DNA of 57,771 nt, counting the filler, from Dirinaria sp. TL-2023a (lineage: Eukaryota): NCBI GenBank assembly GCA_051941275.1. It is 7 parts of 7 records of this genome, joined end to end, with 100 filler letters (N's around TTAATTAATTAA, not from the genome) between each part and the next. Parts side by side here need not be neighbours in the genome. Positions count along the whole stretch, not along the records: positions 1 to 8,181 come from JAVEBF010001221.1; positions 8,282 to 16,452 come from JAVEBF010001222.1; 5 more parts are not named here. The stretch is one strand, 5' to 3'. Position numbers and translations under genes: made by a program. The notes under the pieces were generated by a model, which ran no database searches, had not been told where the DNA came from, and saw only the letters and a program-made list of their open reading frames with translations. Of this stretch, positions 1-11,876 are shown piece by piece. Each line of letters starts with the position of its first letter. Position 1 is the first letter of the stretch.

Positions 1-800
1 CTCATCGTTTAGCTATTCCGAATGCGCAGTCAGAGTCGGAGAGTGACAAGTCCTCTCAGTCATCTCGCTGCGACTGATTCATGTATGACAGGAACTTTCA
101 GCCTTTCGTGTGCGATGTACGCGTGTATAACTCATTCTCAGCGCTTCTAAATTCACGCACAGCACTTCGCGACTAGTACGCGGTATCTCAAAACGTGTTT
201 CTTGCGATCGTGACAGAGAGACGACTGCGACGACAGCAACGAACGCGTACGAAGAGAGGGAAGGAGGTAGTTATAATGTTGAAATTGCGTGCCCTCTCTC
301 CGAAGAATACAGGTGAATTGATGATGCGTGTTGTTTTGTATTATCGTTGTCGATCGAGAGAAAGACTGAATTGCTGCGACGATCGCATCGTGACGACAAC
401 GATGCTAGGACATTTGGCTCTGTTGAGTATTGCAAGCAATACCAGCAGGTTCGTAGCCAGCACCACGTACAGGTAGTCCTTGTCGCTGGCCGGATGTACC
501 TTATTAAATGGCATTCAAGTGATATTAGGAGGATGGTAGGAAAATGCTTTGGCAGAGGTTCGTTGATAACACCAAAATAGGTGTTATATCACTCCTCACA
601 AGGTGCATTGAAGATTGTCAATAGTGCTGGTCAGGATTGAATCAGTGTTTTGTTGACATCAACAAATGTCATCGAGGAAATATCACCAAAATTTGTGCAG
701 CTGCTTGCTTTACGATTTAAACCATGCCCGCGTCTACGAATACCGTTGCAAGCTGATTACTATATACTCCTAAATCTTCTTTTGATCGTTGTGGGTTGGC

Positions 801-2327
801 ATGGCAGTACATGAACTTCGACAGGCCGATACCCTCCTCACTTGTGGCGTAGAACTAGAGCTGGAGTTGGCTCCTGGCTCCAACCTACGACCCAAACATG
901 AACAGATATTCAGCCGCTTTGTAGAAAGCCAAAGGGAGGCCATTTTAGCTGCTATAATTCAGCTAGAGCTTGACAATAAGGGTTTCGGGACTCTTTGTCT
1001 TGGGGGAAAGGACGAAGTGAAGGTAGCGAGCGGGAACGAAAGCATTCATCGATGCCGGAAAGTCGTACCCGAAGGCATTGAGAGTAAACGAAAGGCTCAA
1101 AATTGTATGAATCCACCCACTGAAACAATGGTCTCGATCTAAAAGCTAGCAGGGGGCTTGGAACTGGTCTCTCCGGTATTTATGCCGCAAGCGCGTTCTC
1201 AGACTGAAAGGAGATGGTACGAGGAGATTAAAGTAGGTAAGTTAGTCCTAAATCTGGTCCCTAGTTTTTCTGAACTCTGCAAACAATCCCAATATACATG
1301 AACTAGTCCATATTCCTATCGACAAGGCAGACGCTAAGATTGAATCTTCAATAGTCTGGGGCGTCATCAATCGAAATTTTCACGTGGTCAGGAATCAAGC
1401 TTGTAGTACCCACGTACATATGAGACAAGCATTACGAACTCCCGAAAGTTCAGCGAATCCTGCGGGCTATCAATCCTACTATCTTCCAGGTCTGGACACC
1501 GGATTTACACTTATGTTTTCAGGTGGGGCACATGCTAATGTGCATATAAACAGATCTACAAGCAGCCATCAAAGGTATTGTGTACTGGGAAAAGGCCATT
1601 GCTTCCTGTATACCACCATACCGGCGATTCAATAACAACGCTATAAGCAACACCACTCATACCCATAGATTTCCGCCACCCACCCAAGCAATGCAAGATT
1701 ACAGAAATCTGGGATCAAGCAAAGGCCAATACAGATTCGGAACATTGTTCGACAAAATCGATGGAATGAACACCGCCGAATCTTTAGCCGAATATATCGG
1801 TGGCCACGGAAACAGCAGGCTTAAGCATCTTGCTTGGAATTTCGCACATTTCGGAGAGCCAAATACACACAAAAGCCCTCTGAACACTATAGAGTTTCGA
1901 CGGTGGGTACTTTCCCAGCTCTCTTAAATTTCAGAGCTTTCACAAAGGCGCAACTCGCAGATCTTCAAACGCGGTGATGCACTGATACTACACGAGGCTT
2001 GCTTTGTCTTTGACCATTACTAGACTGATCAGCGCTAACCATACAGTATAATGTAGTCCGCCGATTGCCGCGTCTCGAGAAGAGACCTTACACTGGATCA
2101 CGCTGGCGGCATCCTTCGTCGCTTCGGCTCCCAAATTCGATTTTTCATCAGTTGCTGCGGAAACCGTTGCTCCACCCCGATCCAAGCTCGAAAAGGACTT
2201 CTTAGTTCATGGTCTAAAGGAGATCCTAGAGGGGGGAAATTTCTTGCAGATCGACAAATTCGCCGCACTAACTTTGGATCACGATGTGGCATATGGGTCT
2301 CCATCGGGGGAAAATGTAAACACTTGA
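801..2327 (+). CDS. Putative amidoligase (Amidoligase_2 / COOH-NH2 ligase-like) domain protein, multi-exon
   Basis: Spliced reading gives the family motifs in order: CGVELEL, WGLELVSPV (exon at ~1152), CSTHVH (~1400), KGIVYWEKAI...PPYRRFNN, AWNF...TIEFRR, then PPIAASREETLHW; stop TGA 2325-2327. Exon boundaries are approximate. Confidence 0.7.
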
Positions 2328-4468
2328 ACATCTGGCCTAATGTTGGAAATTTGGCGTTTGGTTTACCTTCTCTAGATTCTACAACGATTTGACTACTTAG
2401 CACCATTCAAGGAATTGGCTGGGAAATTTTATAGACTACCAACAATATGTGTGCTGCCTAAATCTCAGCACTTCAAAACTCTTCACTCACCTATATGCAT
2501 AGCCATAATCGCACTTCAGATACAGTCTTCTCCACGCACACCGCAGCCCATCCTATTTCGAAGCTCTCGAAACCACCAATACGACTTTCAATCGCGAACA
2601 TCTTTATATCAAATACTGCCACTAAACAAACTTTCTATCCTGATATCGAAGATTCTTCTTGAGCAACCAGAAGAAAATCTAAAATCCTTTTCGCGACTCA
2701 TACTCAGTCTCTCTCAAAATTCATATGTCTTATTCCTGTGCTGCCTCTCGGATACAATTGACGCAGATCATTAGGGTGGATGCTGAGCTTCAATAATCGC
2801 TGAAACTATAAATATGTAAATGGACTAGTGAGAACGGTGATAAGACGTCTACCAGACGCAAAGCGTCATATTTAAATATATTCTATATAGCTTGATAACA
2901 ATCGCTAAGCAAGCCATATCTCCCTTGCTCTCCCCCCTCCCACCCACTTCTACCAAAATTCACCACTCACTCTTTCTCAAGCCATCCAAAAATACCTTAT
3001 AAAAATTAAAATTATCTAATTCAAGCACATATATCCTATTCTCTGCAAAACAAAAAACATGCACATCTATCATATGAGCGTGCTTCAGAAAAATTCTGAA
3101 ATTAATTCGAGGCGAAAACTTGAAAATTCATCACGATGAAAATAATGTCGATTTCTTTTTGTATTTCTGTGTTTGTTTGTTTGTTGTATAAATCGTACTG
3201 TGATTTTGGTTGATAGAATGTTGAAGGCAGTACATGACTTTTGAGTTTGAGAGGGGGATGAATGAATGGAGAGGTGGTGTGATGGGATGCTGGAAATCTC
3301 TGGATGGAGATTTTGTATATACCCTTAAATGGGCTTAGAGATGCGGAAGAAGTTAAGAGAGAACGAATTTAATGAGAAAAGATGTCATCTCATATAGACT
3401 TGGAAGTGCGGATGAAGGAGGAGTGGAAAAATTCTTTGGGGTGCTAGGATTTCGTCATGTATGTGAACTTGCTATATAGGGGGAAAAGGTGTATAGATGA
3501 GAGGGAGGGGCTTAGGAAAATTGTGGCAGTTAGACATGGTTAAGATCTATGATGTGTGCTATAGCAATCTTGAGTAGCATCGTCGGCATATAAACTGTCG
3601 GACAATATAAACGATCATATACAGCAATGATCACCACCCAACTGTGAGGCTCCATTTTTGGCGCAATTTTCGCGTTTCGACATAAACCATTCTGCGTTTG
3701 CTGGAGTGGACCAGCTGTGACAGTCTGAAGATATATGTCAATATGCCAACATCATATAGGGTAGAACCAAGCTCAGGTTAGGATTTAATTTCTCAGGACG
3801 CCTTGAACGAGATGGCCGGAACATTGAGTGAGCAGGAGAGGACTAAGACGATGGTAGCAAGAAAAGGGGCTAGATTCATAAGAGGGAATCTAATGTCAGA
3901 TCCTTAATACTCGTCCTCCTCTGCATTATTCTGCTCACCAGGCAGGTCTCGTGCAGATCTTCCACCTCGTGTCGAGTTTTAGAAATTTCCATTTCGCGTA
4001 CGATGAGTGCAGAACAGAACCTGAATCAGAACAATGCTCTCGAGACAGTGTCCCACTGGATACACTCGAGGTGAGAATGGTGTCCATGCCAGTCATTTTA
4101 TATTGTGTAGACACTCTGAACGTTCTTGATCCCAGACTCAGTCGCGGATTGATTCATCGATAGCTGAGCGTATGATGACTATCACAGTTTCAGCGTGGCG
4201 GATACAAACATAAGAATCCAGACTCACATCACAACACTTCCTCTAGCACGCTGGATTTTTGAAAAGTGTGTTCACTTTCCCTTGCTGCACGCAATATACG
4301 TAGGTCAACTTCTCGGAGCTGCAAAGCTTCAAAATCGCTTAGACAAGGCCTTCAGTCAAGTAGATTTTTCTAGGAGTGTCCGGTATGGTCAATTCCCTCT
4401 GACGCGTACGCCCCGTCTTAGCCAGACGATATAGAAGATGATTTAGCACTTGACGCTTGTGTACAGCT

Positions 4469-7400
4469 TCAAGTCTCTCTTCGCTTCCGATGCCATGGAA
4501 GAAGCGATTTTCGACTATTAGTACTGCTGAGATGGAATGGTTCATCTGGTCGAGTGTCGCGCTGAATTTTTAAGAGCTGCTGATAGAAAACTTCACGCTG
4601 AGCATCAGTGTGTGGCCGCATTCCAGGGAGATCATTGTAAAATTTGATCCAAACCCGCAATTTTTTGTCGACTTTCGCCCCATGCTTGATCATCAAAGCT
4701 GCAACTTCGTCCCAGGGTGACATGATTTTATTTCCATTAAAATTTTCTAGAATAGAGTAGATTGCCATGAGCCAAATTGTAGATCCTAGGTCCCCATAGT
4801 TAGGGTCAAATCCTGGGATCCGATAGTTAGGGTCAGCTCCCTTGCGCAGCAGGCAGCGGATTGTGTCAAGATTTGGCACAACATCGGGAAATCTAGTTTG
4901 GGAGGATCTTGAGACTATTTCAACAGCGTCTAGGAGCAGAGGCCACTTTATCGGCTCAAAATCCCCACTCTGTGAAGAGCATAGGCAGCCTGAATTCGCT
5001 TTCTCCTCCAAATATTCCACTATTCCGTAACGAGTAACAAGCGATTCAAAGGTATAGACAAACGCCCTTTTTTGCCAATTAAGAATGTTCTTAGACCTTA
5101 AGGGAAATATGGTTTTGGGTGAATAGGTTGAAACCCATTGACCGCTCCCGAGCTGTAACCTGGCTCCTAGGTTATTTCCTTCATCCATTATTTTTTCGAA
5201 AGTCCACTTGGCGAGAATGACACCAGTCTTGTCTATATCTTCAAGCAAAGGAATTACATAGGCCCGGTGGTCGTTATGGATGCGAGATGCGTTGTAAACG
5301 CATTTTAGCACTCGCGTCCAAATCTCATTACGTTCTGGGCCAAGTATATCAGCATCCATCGCTTTCAGATGCGCAAGGCTCCCGGAACAAAGCATCAGAT
5401 GTGGATCGAAAGACTCGCTTATCACAGACACAAATCTTTTTTGCACACCTGGACTTTCTATGTAATCCTTCACGGACCTGTGCAAATACTGAACAGTATC
5501 CTCGGAATGGTCCCCGGGAACTGACAACTCTTGACCTGCTTCTAGGAGTCCTTTGCATCGGCTGTTCAGTCGACGGCGCATGGTATCTGCTCGAAGAGAT
5601 TTCTCCTCTTGAGAAATCGGTTCGACTGACCGATTTAATGCAAAACCAGGATTTTCCTCATCTGTAAAGGACAGCAAAAGAAGGGATGGTGGTTCGGTGC
5701 TCTCTTGTACAAGCTTGAAAAGCTGCGCTGCGTGCTCCAAGTAAAATGGATCTAGACTCATTACGATTCTCTGATATAGATTTTCCAGATCACCGGGCAA
5801 TTGGTCTATTCGCCTTCTCAAGTCGGATACACGATCGCCGTAACACATGCCTGCAATAAGGGATGCCACAACGAGATGGACCCAAAGGAAAACTCCAGAG
5901 GCTTTATCCACGATGTCTTTGACGAGCTGACTAGCATACTGTGGCTCACGCTTGCAGAGCTGTCCGAACCCAGAGTCTGCTTGGAAGCTTGCTGATACGT
6001 AGTGTTCGATGTCAGTATAAGTGAGGTCCTGGAGCATGAGGCTAGGCTTGTGCTGGAAAGCATCTTCGAATTCAACCCAAGGACGGCTGGAAACGCAAAC
6101 CTTGAGATTACTGTTTGCGATTAGACTTTTGAAGAGCCATATGAGGTCATTAAGGTCACCCTCGAACTCGTCCAAGCCATCAACAAACAGACAGACCTTC
6201 GAGTCCTTGGTAAGGTGTTGAGTGGCCACCCAAAGCATGTGCCGCAGCTCCTGCTCCGTCCACTCATGGGGATCTTCGTTAAGCAGGCAGAGCGCCTCCC
6301 ATCGGCTCGGCGAAACAGTAGGCCACAGTTCAGGACATTGTTGGAGGATCTGGAACATGACCGAGAGCAGAAGTCCTCTCTGTGTTTTCTGGAGGCCAAT
6401 CCCAGAGCCCCAAAAAAAGAAGGTGACAATAATGAGCTTAGAACCTGCAGCCCATTTCTTAAGATGCTTCTCACAGCGTCGTTGCTGTTCAGCCGCCGAA
6501 GACGCTGATGTTGTATCAGAAGCCTCGTGATCGCAAATAAATTTCATGAGTGTGGATTTTCCTGATCCAGCTTTGCCGGTAATCCAGTAAAGTTCGGCGT
6601 CTGATTTTAGCCACTCCTTGAAATTCGACCACGGCTTACCCTGAGGGCTTTGGTCCTCGAAAATCCACTGAAAAGTTTTCTCGAATGCCACCGCTATTCT
6701 CTCCCCACGATCCGCCATTCCAGGATAGCGAAGTCGCTCTAACATAGCCGACTGCAGAGCTTGCTGCCGCTCATTCGTCAATGATGGTGCCGATATTCTG
6801 TGACTTCCATTTAGGCCATCCTGATAGATTGCTGCAATTAAATCTTTCTGCCACCTTTCCCGATCGGAGGAGTGGTTTGATGCACCCGCTTTAGAGAATA
6901 AAACATCCAAAAAGAAGATACCAAGATTATCTGTTTTTATTCCTGCTTGCACATTTTTTCCTTTAGTATTCTCTGTTCCTGCACTAATATTCTGGAGCTC
7001 GTGAAGGACCTTTTCTTGCTGGTCTATCGATTTCTGAACCTGAACTCTTCCAAAATGTTACCACTAATGCTTGTTCCAGGCTTGACGGCGCCAAAGAACT
7101 TACCGTAACGATGCAAGCAAATTGACTGTAAGCTGACCTCGAAAATTGTCTAGTCTAGCTTGTAAAGATTTGATGTCTTCCTCCTTCAAGGCCATCCTGC
7201 AAGCTGCCTTCAATGCATCACGCTTGCGGCCCTTAGCCGGGACTTTGATCTTGCTAAGCAACTCCAATAGCTCTCTTGCGACGTTCTGACATCCCTCAAC
7301 AAGCTGGTAAAGGCTGCGTTCTTCTTCAGGTATATCGTTGCAGCCAGTGGTGGAAGACTGGAGACTAATCAAAAGCTCTTGCAGGCTGCTTGTCGTTAAT

Positions 7401-7537
7401 AGAACATCCGGAATTCCACCTTTGGCATCTTCGGCGCTTCGGGCAAATTGCCAGAACGTAGAGACAGTTTTCGCACCGAAATCTACGAATTGTATCACGT
7501 TGGCAGCAATACTTAGTGCTGCAATCGCCTCAGCCAT
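4469..7537 (-). CDS. Fungal NLR-like STAND protein: N-terminal helical (HeLo-like/NACHT_N) domain + NACHT NTPase + winged helix + ankyrin-like C-terminus
   Basis: Exon 1 MAEAIAALSIAANVIQFVDFGAK; GTAAGT donor at 7103 and a short intron; Walker A WITGKAGSGKSTLMK, Walker B FVDGLDE, sensor VSSRP, ASGVFLWV, YLHRSVKDYI; LLRKGADPN and LMIKHGAKV ankyrin-like motifs near the C-terminus. Confidence 0.9.
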
Positions 7538-8181
7538 GTTGAGAGCAATCAATGTCAACTAGACAAAGCGGAAAGATCGGGAGATGAGCATATCTCTATA
7601 TGCTCTACTCGTCGTGTGTCAGCCTTGCTCTAAGCCCGGAGAACCTGCAGCTAAGCCACGTATGCATGCAGAACCCGCAGCTACACTCAATAGAAATCCA
7701 TTCATATTCGCTATCTTCAGCCAACCAAGCTTCTCCCAACTACAGTGTCGAGAATTCCCGCAAGTGCCTGAGCGTTGTAGGTCTTGATCTCATGCTAGGC
7801 TGACGAGGCTGAGCTGATCACGTGAGACCGAGCTCTGTCATCCCGCTTCCATGTCTGCGAAGCGAATTTCAAAGAGCAATTCTTCAGACTTGGTGGTTGC
7901 TGTAGACTTGTGGAGCTGGTGATAATCGCTTGGACAAGACACAGTGTGTTGATGTTATTCATCGTGGTCCTCGTACATGACAATCTGACCGTAAGTAGTA
8001 AAATTGAGTACTTTTGGTGAGGCTACATCGTCAGTCTTGGCATTTAGCGTTCCCAGAAGTGTTGCGACAGCTTGGCACTGGAAAAACACAAAAAACACAC
8101 ACACCTTCCCTCAGGATTTGTATGAGGATCCGTAAAAATGCCTGATTTGACCCACAACGCTACGAATGATCCTTATTGCGC

Positions 8182-8281
8182 NNNNNNNNNNNNNNNNNNN
8201 NNNNNNNNNNNNNNNNNNNNNNNNNTTAATTAATTAANNNNNNNNNNNNNNNNNNNNNNNNNNNNNNNNNNNNNNNNNNNN
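8182..8281. other. Artificial contig linker (N44-TTAATTAATTAA-N44)
   Basis: Six-frame stop spacer flanked by Ns; identical at all six junctions. Confidence 0.99.
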
Positions 8282-8877
8282 CTTGCTCATTCTTCAAAAG
8301 TTCACTTTACACCGGCCGTCTAGGAGATTGGTTGATCATTAAAATGGCGCGTCGCAACAATGGAATCATGCAGCCTGAGTATCGCCTTTGGCTCTTCGGC
8401 TTGTCGGTTGTGCTGATCCCTAGTGGCCTCGTACTCTGGGGCGTGGGAGCAGCTCACCAGGTTCACTGGTTTGGTCTTGTCTTCGCCATGGGCGTCATTG
8501 CATTCACGAATAGCCTGGGACTTCAGTTGTCTGTCAGCTACTGCATCGACTCGTATCGCGAGCTGAGTGGAGAAGCGATCGTGACGGTGATCTTGATCCG
8601 AAATAGCATGAGCTTCGGTATAGGCTACGGGTTAGTCAGCGTGGGCGATAATATATTCCGCAGAGAAAAGTGACAGCTAACGGCCGTATATAGCATCACT
8701 CTCTGGGTGACTAATTTGGGTCTCCAGAACGCCTTTGTCGTTGCTTCAATGGTTGGTCTTGCGCAAGCACTGACCTTCTTACTGATGATCAAATTCGGGT
8801 ATCGATTACGCAAAGCCAGCGCTGGTCGTTACCGGGCTTACGCCGAGCAAATGATGGCGGCAGGGCTAGTACACTGA
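8282..8877 (+). CDS. MFS transporter, C-terminal part (5' truncated by contig edge)
   Basis: GDWLIIKMARRNNGIMQPEYRL, several hydrophobic helices, SYCIDSY...IRNSMSFGIGYG, intron ~8630-8692, ITLWVTNLGLQNAF...GYRLRKAS; stop TGA 8875-8877. Confidence 0.85.
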
Positions 8878-9779
8878 CGGCATTCCCCTCGGCGGGCATT
8901 TGATCTCGGAAATATAATTTTCAAGCTTCTCCTGCCCATTGGTCTAGACAACGGACATGAGCTGGAAAGTCTAGCTTATGACATCCAGAAGCGTACTTGA
9001 ACCTTCGTAAAATCTTCACCTAGCTAAATTCACCTAGCACAAGCAACATGCCTTACAGCGACCAACTCAAAACATCCAAGTTCAGAAAGTCCCCCATGAT
9101 ACTAACACTCACCACAATAGATAGCACGAGACACATCACTGTCCGAGACCCATCACACTTGCAAACCCACACAAGAGGGATCTTCGCAGTCTATACAGAC
9201 CCGCAACTTCCTTTCCCGATGATCAGTGCCGCAAGAGTTACCTCAAAAAGGATGACGCGTTGTCTGATGAGCGACGCTGGCCCCATTTGTCAAATGGTAA
9301 GTTCTATTGGAGGCATCAAATTCTTTCTCGTTGCTTCTCTTAATTGCTGACGAAGTTCTGTTAGTAGAATAAGTGAGCAAGTCGGCTCACTTATCCTTTA
9401 GCGTTTCAATTCGAGAAAATCATATTTTCTTCTCATTTCTCTCTGAATTGTAGGGGTCTTCCATGAAACGATTCGCTGGACTGACTGTCATGACAATGGT
9501 TCTCGAGTAGCGACTGACCATTTTTGCTGTACGTAATTCTTTATTGAAAGCCAAACGCAAGCAACAGCTCGCCGATCCTCATACGAGTTGCCAGGGGATT
9601 TACTTGGTATATTCAATTTGTTTTCTGGCGACTTTATTTCATCGTCTGGAATTTCAGCCCGCAACGCAAGATCTCATCTCAACAATCACATGCGAAAGCT
9701 GCTCTCAACGTGAAATTCATATCGGCCTCGTTTCTGTATATCCTAGATTCCAACGGATCTACGTGCTATAAAGTGACTA

Positions 9780-11014
9780 CTACGGCTTCCCATTCCACAC
9801 CCTAGCGAGAAAGTCCTCGATATCATCGAATTCATAATCCGGAAACAGTTGGTTAATCTCATCCGACACATTCCATGCGCCTTTTGCGCTGCTGAGCAAC
9901 ATGCCAATAGATACCGTCTTCAAAATATCGTCCTGCTGCTCTTCCGAAACCGCTCGATGTCGCTTTTCTAATCCCCACGAGGTATTGAGCGTTCCGGCCT
10001 CTAGATCCTCCGATCTGACCTTCTCAATCGTAAATGGGCGGCCTGCGGTGTGATTGTGTTAATCAGACTTGATCTTCTGTTAGACATGCCAGTGGTAGGG
10101 GCACACCTCGAATCTTCTCCCCGATCTCGATAATCCGAGAGAAAGTCACTTTGTTCCCGTTTATCCCGCCGATCTCTGGCCACACGCCTTCGTAACCGAC
10201 TGCTCGAGCGACGACAGCGGCAACATCAGCAGCGGTCGTTAAGGTCACGATGGCATTTTCATGGCTGTCTACTACGATTGCACGGCAACTTTGATAATCG
10301 AAGATGCTTTGCAATGGTTCGATATGTTTTGCCGTTTTGTATGGAAAGGCAAGGTAGTCCAAGAACAGCCCAGGCTGGAAAAAGATGTATTCGAGGACCT
10401 GCACGCACTTTAACTTCAGCGTGCGGGTATTGCAATGACCTCTTACTTTTCTGTTCTCGTTGACTTTTCTCAGATACTGCCTAGTACTCTCTTTCCCAGT
10501 CCACCACGGCATGTTCATGATGCCGGCACTGTGAAGGCATCAGTCCTAGCCTTCTGATGAGCGTGCCACTGTTCTTGGTTTGTTACCTTCCGTATTCGCT
10601 AGGCGCGAAGCGTTTCACGCCGGCAGCAATTGCAGCATCGATCAGATTCTTCTGAGATTTGCTCTCCGGGTCTGAAAGGAGCTGAAGAAACGACAAAAGC
10701 GTGTGAATTCCTCGCAAAGCTTCCACCAAGTCGGGCTGATTGTTATAATCCACCACACGCCAGTGGACTCTGGGTAGGGCATCCTTTATTGAAGCCTCCT
10801 AAGCTCCGTCAGCAAGATTGGTGTGATGAAATAGATTAGAGGGAATTGCAGACCTTTCTACTCAAGACCGTAATTTCATGTTTCCTGGTAGCGAGTAGAG
10901 CATCGATAACTTCCCTGGCAACCTCTACAAAGATGTGTCAGTTTTTTTTTTTTTTTTTTAAAAAAACCGTGGTGACGCACGTCCTGAGCCACCTGCAATA
11001 GCTATTTTAACCAT
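9780..11014 (-). CDS. NmrA-like / isoflavone reductase-like NAD(P)-binding oxidoreductase, multi-exon
   Basis: MVKIAIAGGSG Rossmann start; SQKNLIDAAIAAGVKRFAPSEYGS; FQPGLFLDYL; TTAADVAAVVARA; ends WNVSDEINQLFPDYEFDDIEDFLARVWNGKP*. Confidence 0.88.
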
Positions 11015-11200
11015 CCTAGCGGCGCAAGAGTAACCACGGTTTACGCTGGATCTCAGATATGGCGGTGCAACGTCAATTGACTTTGAGAGCTCGTGAATAG
11101 TGTTACTTGGGCTGTAGACATGAGAGGAAAACCGTATTTATACCTGCTCGTCATCTCGGCGTAGAAGAAATACGAAAGAACTGCGGTCTAACAGCCAGAG

Positions 11201-11214
11201 TCCGCGGCCGCGGA
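11201..11214. promoter_or_regulatory. Perfect 14-bp CGG-rich palindrome TCCGCGGCCGCGGA, candidate Zn2Cys6 binding site
   Basis: Lies in the divergent promoter about 190 bp upstream of the NmrA-like ATG. The palindrome is seen directly; its function is inferred. Confidence 0.4.
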
Positions 11215-11699
11215 ATTTTCCTTCTGCTATGCCATAAGACGTATCTGCCTAATAACTTACTACCCGTCAGGCTCTCGAAACGAGTGACCAATCGGTCCTA
11301 GCGGTCTTAAGTCTGGGGTCTCACTGCCGCCACACTACCTTACTCTACTGCCACACCACTCTCCCTAATCATTGTTCTTATTTATCAATATCTCTCAAAA
11401 GGCTTTTTTTTCTGGTATCTTTAACCTAGTTTAACGATTAGTCCATTTCACGACGGCACGTTCATGGTCAATCAGTTTGTCGTCATCTGGCGAAACTGTC
11501 GTTGCTTGAAACTCGCACTCTGTCAGAGCAGAGGAATTGATATACTTAAATCCGAGGCATCAAAGCGTATTTAGCGGGGAGGACGATGTATCAGGAGAGT
11601 AGGGTGGTGTGGCGGCAGTGGAAGCCTAAATCCACTTGTGATGTAGGAGTACATACGGGTACTAACCGCTCACGGAAGCCAAGGTCGAATCGTCCTTCG

Positions 11700-11713
11700 T
11701 CCGCCGCGGCGGA
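11700..11713. promoter_or_regulatory. Perfect 14-bp CGG-rich palindrome TCCGCCGCGGCGGA, candidate Zn2Cys6 binding site
   Basis: About 165 bp upstream of the Zn2Cys6 ATG; related to the palindrome at 11201. Confidence 0.4.
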
Positions 11714-11876
11714 GAAAACCATACTATAGCGATACAGTATCGCTATCATATTCATAAACTTGTAAGCTCCCAACTTCGCCATAGACTTGGCAAAGCTCCA
11801 TCTTGAAAACGGAATTGTGGAATATTATCCCCTTTCATGTTCTATCGCCGAGGCCGGTGATTTTTTCCGAGGTACA

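Noticed and set aside
1..350. CC/GG-poor stretch with TGA-interrupted minus-strand frames
   Set aside because: Possibly another mutated repeat, but too short and without a recognisable domain.
8226..8237. TTAATTAATTAA recurring about every 8.27 kb as a periodic repeat or CRISPR-like unit
   Set aside because: Always embedded in N runs; it is an artificial six-frame stop linker.
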